Of a stretch of 64,000 nucleotides of DNA, positions 63,383 through 64,000 are shown piece after piece (the first letter of the stretch is position 1; each line of letters starts with the position of its first letter). The stretch spans positions 434,001 to 498,000 of the forward strand of contig NW_027271715.1 in the NCBI RefSeq assembly GCF_040938485.1. Reading direction: 5' to 3'. The stretch is from Diadema antillarum. Its lineage: Eukaryota. A program made the position numbers and the translations under genes. The notes under the pieces are model-generated. The model saw only the letters and a program-made list of their open reading frames with translations, did not search any database and was not told the origin of the DNA.

Positions 63383-63605
63383 ATGATCATGATGGAAGCT
63401 GCCAAAGCAGTGCTCGTGTTTTGCAAAGATCTACTCCAGCAGGAGGCCGAGTGGTTCCAGGCCGCCTCTCTCCCGGTGAAAATTGCTGTGAGTAGCGCTG
63501 GTGTTGTGGCTGCCACTTACGGAGTGTACTATGCGTGGTTCTTTAGCGGCGTACGACGTGTGAGGAGCAGTGTTCGTTTGGATGGCAAGACAGTTATCAT
63601 TACTG
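63383..63605 (+). CDS. Exon 1 of a fifth, divergent RDH-like SDR (rest of gene beyond the window)
   Basis: MIMMEAAKAVLV...[30 protein letters not shown] ends at a phase-1 GT donor (63606) at the same position as in copies 1-4. The start could be ATG 63383, 63389 or 63392. Confidence 0.85.
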
Positions 63606-64000
63606 GTAAATCTAAATTCCACATTTATGAAGTCCACAATAGAGCTAATGCGAATTGGTCACGCAACATCGCATTTCACCTATTCTATCAGCGTTGTATA
63701 AATAGCAGGTATATCCACAGGCCCGATACAGTACGTGCCTTTTTTTTACAACACAAATCAGAAGTAGAGGCCGGCATATGATTCTACAGCACGCACTATA
63801 GTGAGGAAGAGAATTCAAGTCTATGATTCCTAACCTCAGTAAATTGAAGTACACTTGTATTCGCTGGACTTTGGGTGAGGAGTGCTTTACACACTGTTTT
63901 TAGATGCCCATCTCTATGGTCCTATCCTCTATATCACAACACGTTTGCCACCGTTGTCCATTAAGTATATTCAATACAATAATTTATTAATCGACCCATG

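Overview
AT-rich, intron-containing animal genomic DNA. A Deu-domain SINE and the repeat spectrum point to an invertebrate deuterostome, probably an echinoderm (inference). The window holds a head-to-tail + strand tandem array of short-chain dehydrogenase/reductase genes of the RDH11/12/13/14 (SDR7C)-like type. There are four complete 5-exon copies (351-353 aa; GT-AG introns, TGxxxGIG, NNAG and YxxxK all intact) and exon 1 of a fifth, divergent copy at the right edge. The array is heavily invaded by mobile DNA, and paralogous copies supply empty sites for many insertions. The most striking structure is a 13,191-bp element (13770-26960) with 79-bp terminal inverted repeats and an exact 9-bp target duplication (ATCCCGCTA). 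It inserted 3 nt upstream of the exon-4 splice junction of RDH copy 2. It is Mutator-like by TSD length, has no visible transposase, and carries nested cargo, including a CpG/CRE-rich hierarchical satellite. Copy 4 is about twice the size of its sister copy 3 because of nested insertions: a TPRT-type insert with a 15-bp TSD, hAT, L2, Harbinger-like, Kolobok-like, DeuSINE and Tx1/L1 pieces. No rRNA, tRNA gene or CRISPR array was seen. Superfamily names come from termini, TSDs and remembered motifs, not from database searches.
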